Assembly (NCBI GenBank): GCA_038915165.1 | Contig: JBCLDE010000002.1 | Location: forward strand, 7,154-71,153 | DNA length: 64,000 nucleotides | Direction of reading: 5' to 3' | Origin: Candidatus Limnocylindrales bacterium | Lineage (GTDB): Bacteria; Chloroflexota; Limnocylindria; Limnocylindrales; CSP1-4 | In this document: piece after piece, positions 59,009-64,000 of the stretch | How the letters are laid out: every line of letters begins with the position of its first letter | How positions within the stretch are numbered: position 1 is the first letter of the stretch | The notes under the pieces: generated by a model | Databases searched by the model: none | What the model was told of the DNA's origin: nothing | What the model saw: only the letters and a program-made list of their open reading frames with translations | Translations under genes and position numbers: made by a program

Positions 59009-60832
59009 ATGCACGAATCGCAGGCCGCGCGCTTGCGCGCCCGCTCGCCGTTCACCGCGGCGTTCCTCTCCCTGATCTTTCCGGGCCTCGGGCACCTCTA
59101 TGCCGGCGCGCCGACCCGGGCACTCGCATTCGCGGCCGCCCCGATCCTGTTCGTCGCCCTCGTCGCGGGCGTGGCCCTGAGAATGGACCTGATCGAGCTC
59201 ATCGGCCTCGTCCTGGACCCGTTCGTCCTGAGCTCGGTGTTCGTGCTCAACCTGATCGTCCTGCTCTACCGACTCGTCGCCATCGTCGATGCCTACCGCG
59301 TCGCCGAGTACCTGAATGCCTATGCCGCGTCGGGCGATGGGCGGGCCGGCACCGCCCGGATCAGGCACAACCCGCTATCGGTCGCGGGCCTGCTGGCGAT
59401 CCTGCTCGTGATGGCCGGCAGTCACGTCGTCGTGGCTCGCTACGACCTGCTGGCGCTCGACGTCCTCCAGAGTGGCTGCATCTTCATCGGCGATACAAGC
59501 CAGGACTGTGCGCTCGACGCAGCGCCATCATCGGGTGCGTCAGGGAATCCCGGCGACAGGTCCTCCGCACGACCCACATCCTCCCCGGCTCCGGAGGCGA
59601 CAGCGATCGGCGGCGCCGTGCCTGACGTGTCCATCCCACCGTGGGACGGCAAGGAACGGTTGAACATCCTGTTGATCGGCTCGGACCAGCGCCCATCGGA
59701 GGGTTCGTACAACACGGACACGCTCATCGTGGTCTCGATCGACCCCGTCACGAAGCAGGTGTCCATGTTCGGCCTGCCGCGTGACACGGTCGACATCCCC
59801 GTCCCGCCCGGGCCGGCCCGGCGCGTCTTCGGTACGGCCTACCGGGGCAAGATCAATGGCTGGTTCACGGCGGTCCGCGATCGCAGCGACCTGTTCCCGG
59901 GCACGGACCGGACGCGTGGCTATAACGGCCTCAAGGCGATCATGGGCAACCTTTACGGCCTCGACATCAAGTACTTCGTGGAAGTCAACTTCGACGGCTT
60001 CAGGGCCGTCGTCGACTCCGTTGGCGGGGTGACGATCAACGTCCAGATCCCCGTCTCCGACGATCGGTACCCCAGCGTGAATGGCCGGCTCGAACGCGTC
60101 TACATCCCAAGTGGCATCCAGCACATGGATGGCACCCAGGCCCTTCGTTACGCCCGCTCGCGCCACGAGTCCTCAGACTTCGACCGCGGCCAGCGCCAGC
60201 AGCGCGTCCTGCTCTCGCTGCGCGAACAGGCCGACCCGCAGTCGCTCATCCCGCGGTTGCCCGACCTCGTGACCGCCTTGAAACGGGCCGTCCGGACGGA
60301 CGTACCGGTCGATCAGCTGGCGCCGCTCCTGGGCCTCGCGTCCCAGGTCGACACGAAGAACATCCGCTCGTACGTCTTCGCCCCGCCGCTCTACTCGAGC
60401 CATACCTGCGCGGATCCGCGCGGCTGCGTGGTGTACCCCAGGCTCGACAGGATCCGGGCCGCGGTGGATGCGGCCTTCTCCAGCGACCCGGCCGACGAGG
60501 TCCTGCGCGAGACATTGGCCCAGGAGGGGGCCGGCGTGTGGGTCCTCAACGGTATGGCCGATCGCGACCGAGGCACACGCCTGGCGGGCTACCTCGAGTA
60601 CCACGGGCTGGCCGCGTCGGCGCCCCGCCAGCGTCCGGAGGGTCCCGTCCCGGCCAAGACGAGGATCGTCGTCTACAACGGGGCCGAGGCCGATGCCGCA
60701 GCCACGATCGCCTACCTCGAGAAGACGTTCGGGGTGAAGGCGACCCTGAAGGTGGACAGCGCCATCCGGACCGACGTCATCGTCACGATCGGCAAGTCCA
60801 CCCCGGATCTCCAGGCGCCAGTCGGGCCCTAG
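59009..60832 (+). CDS. LytR-CpsA-Psr (LCP) family cell-envelope phosphotransferase with an N-terminal polytopic membrane region and a C-terminal LytR_C-like domain
   Basis: The LCP core is ...RLNILLIGSDQRPSEGSYNTDTLIVVSIDP...FGLPRDT...GYNGLKA... It has 3-4 N-terminal TM helices. Confidence 0.8.
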   Translation: MHESQAARLRARSPFTAAFLSLIFPGLGHLYAGAPTRALAFAAAPILFVALVAGVALRMDLIELIGLVLDPFVLSSVFVLNLIVLLYRLVAIVDAYRVAEYLNAYAASGDGRAGTARIRHNPLSVAGLLAILLVMAGSHVVVARYDLLALDVLQSGCIFIGDTSQDCALDAAPSSGASGNPGDRSSARPTSSPAPEATAIGGAVPDVSIPPWDGKERLNILLIGSDQRPSEGSYNTDTLIVVSIDPVTKQVSMFGLPRDTVDIPVPPGPARRVFGTAYRGKINGWFTAVRDRSDLFPGTDRTRGYNGLKAIMGNLYGLDIKYFVEVNFDGFRAVVDSVGGVTINVQIPVSDDRYPSVNGRLERVYIPSGIQHMDGTQALRYARSRHESSDFDRGQRQQRVLLSLREQADPQSLIPRLPDLVTALKRAVRTDVPVDQLAPLLGLASQVDTKNIRSYVFAPPLYSSHTCADPRGCVVYPRLDRIRAAVDAAFSSDPADEVLRETLAQEGAGVWVLNGMADRDRGTRLAGYLEYHGLAASAPRQRPEGPVPAKTRIVVYNGAEADAAATIAYLEKTFGVKATLKVDSAIRTDVIVTIGKSTPDLQAPVGP

Positions 60833-60873
60833 GCGGCCGGAACGGGCCTGGGTCTGGTCCGACGAGCCACCGG

Positions 60874-61854
60874 CTATTCGATCGGGGTCAGCCAGTGCTC
60901 GTATTCGGGCAGCCGGCCGCGCACCGCGTCGAAGTAGCGGTCCCGGACCAGGCGGCTGATCGGACCGACCTGACCCGACCCGACCGGTCGATGATCCACC
61001 TCCACGACCGGCGAGATCTGGACGCCCGTACCGCAAAGGAATATCTCGTCGGCGATGTATAGCTCGCTGCGATCGATGGAACGCGTCTCGACCGGGATCC
61101 CCTCGTTGGCCATGAGCTCCATGAGCGCCTTGCGGGTCACGCCCTCCAGCAGGTCGTCACTGACCGGTGGGGTGAGCGCGACGCCGTCGCGGACCACGAA
61201 GACGTTGGCAGCCGAGGCCTCGTTGACGTGCCCGTTTGCGGTGAGCACGATCGCCTCGTCAAAGCCGTTGAGCTCCGCCTCCGACTTCTGGAACGCCATG
61301 TTGACATAGCCGCCGACGATCTTGCCGCGGGCCGGCAACGCTTCATCCGCGTTGCGCCGCCAGGTCGACGTCATGACCCGGACGCCGATATCGGTGTCGA
61401 TGTAGTTGCCGAACGGGAGGGCCACGATGTACAGCTCGTTGTCGAGATCGTGCAAGCGCACGCCGATCGCCCGGGTCGACTTGTAGACGGACGGACGGAT
61501 GTAGGCGTCCTCGCGGAAATGGTTGCGCCGGACCGTTTCGACGATGAGCCGGGTCAATTCGTCGACCGGCGGTACGTCGGTCATCAACAGGATCCGGCAC
61601 GACTGCCGGATCCGTTCGACGTGTTCACGCACCTTGAGGCCGTACAGTCGGCCCTGCTCCGAGTTCCAGTAGGCGCGGATCCCCTCGAACGTCGCCGTCC
61701 CGTACATGAAGGCGTGGGTCATGACGCTGACCTTGGCATCGCGCATCGGGACCCAGTCGCCTTCGAAGTAGCAGATCAAGTCGTCGAGCGACGCGGCGGT
61801 CGGGGCATGGTGGGTGCTCGGCGTCGGCGGGGCCTCGGACTTCTCGGTCAACAT
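60874..61854 (-). CDS. ilvE: Branched-chain amino acid aminotransferase
   Basis: The protein reads ...HAFMYGTATFEGIRAY...IVGGYVNMAFQKSEA...EIFLCGTG. Confidence 0.85.
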   Translation of the reverse strand: MLTEKSEAPPTPSTHHAPTAASLDDLICYFEGDWVPMRDAKVSVMTHAFMYGTATFEGIRAYWNSEQGRLYGLKVREHVERIRQSCRILLMTDVPPVDELTRLIVETVRRNHFREDAYIRPSVYKSTRAIGVRLHDLDNELYIVALPFGNYIDTDIGVRVMTSTWRRNADEALPARGKIVGGYVNMAFQKSEAELNGFDEAIVLTANGHVNEASAANVFVVRDGVALTPPVSDDLLEGVTRKALMELMANEGIPVETRSIDRSELYIADEIFLCGTGVQISPVVEVDHRPVGSGQVGPISRLVRDRYFDAVRGRLPEYEHWLTPIE

Positions 61855-61951
61855 GCGGGCGACTCCTGCGATTCGGTCGGCCGAGTATATCAGCGGGTCG
61901 TCCAGCCTCAGCCGATGAGGCCGCTCACCACGGCGATGACGATGTCCAGGG

Positions 61952-62296
61952 TCAAACGGTCACAGCGAGCGCGCTTCCGACACCGATCGCGATGACGGCG
62001 AGGATGGCGATCGAGATCCCGACCATCAGCCGGTCCCCGTCCCGGGCGTAGGCGACCGCCGCCACGATGACCCGACCGATCGGGGCGGCGATGACAGCCA
62101 GCAGGCCGAGCCACAGGTACCCGGCCGGATCGAGCGAGAGCAACTGCGTCCCGAGCGTCGCCAGATCCAGGGGCGGCCCGCCCGCCAGCGGCGAGATCCC
62201 ATTCGTGAGCATGAGGACCATGCCGACAGCCAGCAGTCCGACCGATACGTACGTGACGGCGATCAGCAACCGGCCGATGAGCCGCTCGGCCGCCAT
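61952..62296 (-). CDS. DUF1634-like small membrane protein (partner of TauE/SafE)
   Basis: The C-terminal 114 aa of the track ORF read MAAERLIGRLLIAVTYVSVGLLAVGMVLML... with 3 TM helices. The upstream part of the track ORF is antisense junk over tauE. Confidence 0.6.
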   Translation of the reverse strand: MAAERLIGRLLIAVTYVSVGLLAVGMVLMLTNGISPLAGGPPLDLATLGTQLLSLDPAGYLWLGLLAVIAAPIGRVIVAAVAYARDGDRLMVGISIAILAVIAIGVGSALAVTV

Positions 62297-62319
62297 CGCC
62301 CGCGCGACGTGCGAGGCCG

Positions 62320-63144
62320 TCACTCGAAGACCCGCAGGAGCATCTGGACCGCGGTATAGCTCAGGACGACCACGAAGAGCAGGCGCAGGATCCGCAGGTC
62401 GACGCGGTGGGCCAGGCGCGAGCCGGCCGTCGCCCCCAGGAAGACCCCGATCGCAGTCGGGGCCGCGACGTACGGGTCGATGCCGCCACGGATCAAGTAG
62501 ATGACCGCGCTGGCAGCCGCCGTGATCCCGATCATCATGTTGCTCGTCGCCGTAGCGATGCGGAGCGGCACGCCCATCGACAGATGCATGAGGGGGACGT
62601 TGATGATGCCGCCGCCGATACCCAACAGCGCGGATACCACGCCCGCACCGGTCGCACCGACCACGCCGCGCCCGAGGTTGCGGACGCGGTAGCCCTCGCC
62701 CGACAGTCGGTCCATGGCGCTCGACGGCGACCGATCTGGGAGCACGCGGTCGTCCGCCACGGCGGCCAGCACCACCGGCGCGCGGCGACCCGCCCGGAAC
62801 ATCGTGATCGCCACGTAGATCAGCAACCCGGCGAAGAGCAACGAGAGCAGCCGTTCGTCGAGCAGGAACGCCACGGAGGCGCCGACCAATGCCCCGATCG
62901 CGGTGAACAGCTCCAGGGTCATGCCCAACCGCAGGTTGGCGACATGGCGCTCCAGGTAGACGCCTGCGGCCGCGCTGCTCGTCATGATCACGCACACCAG
63001 CGAGACCCCGACCGCTTCCCGCAGGGGCAGGCCGAAGCCGAACGTCAGCAGCGGCACGATGAGCACCCCGCCGCCAAGGCCCAGGAGCGACCCGAATGCA
63101 CCGGCTGCGGCGCCGCCCGCAAGCATCAACAGACCGACGACCAC
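62320..63144 (-). CDS. TauE/SafE family sulfite/anion exporter
   Basis: It is a polytopic membrane protein with an internally duplicated 4-TM repeat and the GIGGG motif (LLGLGGGVLIVPLL, LLGIGGGIINVPLM). Confidence 0.8.
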   Translation of the reverse strand: MVVGLLMLAGGAAAGAFGSLLGLGGGVLIVPLLTFGFGLPLREAVGVSLVCVIMTSSAAAGVYLERHVANLRLGMTLELFTAIGALVGASVAFLLDERLLSLLFAGLLIYVAITMFRAGRRAPVVLAAVADDRVLPDRSPSSAMDRLSGEGYRVRNLGRGVVGATGAGVVSALLGIGGGIINVPLMHLSMGVPLRIATATSNMMIGITAAASAVIYLIRGGIDPYVAAPTAIGVFLGATAGSRLAHRVDLRILRLLFVVVLSYTAVQMLLRVFE

Positions 63145-63200
63145 GTCAGCCGCCCGGCGATGGATGCGGCGCGCGAGGTAGCCCGGTCACCGGCGCCCGA

Positions 63201-63470
63201 CTACGGGCGAAGGTGCTGCGGCGCGTACGGGAGCAGGGCGACGTGGCGGGCGCGCTTGAGGGCGACCGACAGCTCACGCTGGTGTCCGGCGCAGGTGCCG
63301 GTCTTGCGACGCGGCTCGATCTTGGCCCGCTCAGAGAGGTATCGGCGGAGGCGGTTGACCTCCTTGTAGTCGATCTGGACGGTCTTGTCGGCGCAGAAGG
63401 CGCAGACCTTGCGGCGGCGCCGATCGCGATAGAAGTCGTCGCGCTTCTTGGCTCGAATGGGGGGAGGCAT
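63201..63470 (-). CDS. rpsR: 30S ribosomal protein S18
   Basis: The protein reads ...[45 protein letters not shown]. Confidence 0.9.
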   Translation of the reverse strand: MPPPIRAKKRDDFYRDRRRRKVCAFCADKTVQIDYKEVNRLRRYLSERAKIEPRRKTGTCAGHQRELSVALKRARHVALLPYAPQHLRP

Positions 63471-63485
63471 GTGTCGATCTCCTGG

Positions 63486-63959
63486 TCAGAAAGGAAGGTC
63501 GTCGAGGCCGGTATCGTCGGCAGGTGGACGTGAGCCGCCACCGCCACCGCTACTACCGCCGCCGCCCGAGGAATGGCCACCGGAGCCAGACGCATCGCTG
63601 AAGCCGCCGCCGCCGTCCTCGTCGCGGCCCCGGCGTTCCAGGCTGATGACGTTGTCGGAGATCACGTCGAGTGACAGCCGCTTCTCGCCATCCTTGCCTT
63701 CGAACTCGCGGGTCTTGAAGCGACCCTCCACAAAGACCTTGTTGCCCTTGCGGAGTTGCTCAGCCGCACGCTCGGCACGATCGCCGAAGACGCTGATCCG
63801 ATACCAATCCGTGCCCTCATCGACCCAGCCGCCCTGGCCGTCCGGCTTGCTGTGGCTGACCGCGACGCTGAACTGGGTGACGGGCTTGCCGGCCGGGGTG
63901 TAGCGCATCTCCGGGTCTCGCCCGAGATTGCCGATGAGCATGATCTTGCAGAACGCCAT
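63486..63959 (-). CDS. ssb: Single-stranded DNA-binding protein
   Basis: It has an OB fold (MAFCKIMLIGNLGRDPEMRYTPAGKPV), a Gly-rich linker and a C-terminal acidic tip DDLPF. Confidence 0.9.
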   Translation of the reverse strand: MAFCKIMLIGNLGRDPEMRYTPAGKPVTQFSVAVSHSKPDGQGGWVDEGTDWYRISVFGDRAERAAEQLRKGNKVFVEGRFKTREFEGKDGEKRLSLDVISDNVISLERRGRDEDGGGGFSDASGSGGHSSGGGGSSGGGGGSRPPADDTGLDDLPF

Positions 63960-63973
63960 CGCCAGCCTCCCGT

Positions 63974-64000
63974 CAGTCGATGGCGGCCGGAGCCGCCTCG
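63974..64000 (-). CDS. 3' end of an upstream gene (probably rpsF by synteny), truncated by the window edge
   Basis: Stop codon TGA at 63974-63976 on the minus strand, 14 nt before the ssb ATG. GGGAGG SD lies between. Identity is inferred only from the conserved rpsF-ssb-rpsR order. Confidence 0.3.

Overview
This 64 kb window is about 70 % GC and very gene-dense. It carries about 60 protein-coding genes, almost all on the minus strand, and I found no rRNA, tRNA, CRISPR array, transposase or integrase. The content is a compacted translation and ribosome-biogenesis super-cluster whose gene order tracks the classical Bacillus-type clusters: rpsB-tsf-pyrH-frr-uppS-cdsA-dxr-rseP ... nusA-ylxR-infB-rbfA-truB-ribF-rpsO-pnp; plsX ... 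acpP-rnc-smc-ftsY-ffh-rpsP-KH-rimM-trmD-rplS-rnhB-yraN; recG-yloV-yloU with divergent rpmB; ileS-lspA-rluD ... gmk-priA-def-fmt-rlmN-rpe; rpsF-ssb-rpsR. Several genes expected from that synteny are absent: rimP, ylxM, fabD/fabG, proS/polC, rpoZ/coaBC and the pyr operon. The main findings are: (1) the polynucleotide phosphorylase gene carries a complete DEDDh (DnaQ-like) 3'-5' exonuclease domain inserted between its two RNase PH cores; (2) ileS and lspA form a single uninterrupted 1304-codon reading frame; (3) short GC-rich tandem repeats of 9-22 nt and 2-4 copies recur across the window, in intergenic spacers and in-frame inside udg, smc, priA, fmt and ftsY; (4) there are unusually long non-coding gaps at ffh/ftsY, nusA/ispG and rpsB/yraN, plus a divergent rpsO/adenosyltransferase region with a candidate structured element; (5) Rpe has an uncharacterised C-terminal extension of about 106 aa and RibF has a degenerate riboflavin-kinase domain. 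All calls come from reading the six-frame translations and the DNA by eye. No database searches were run.
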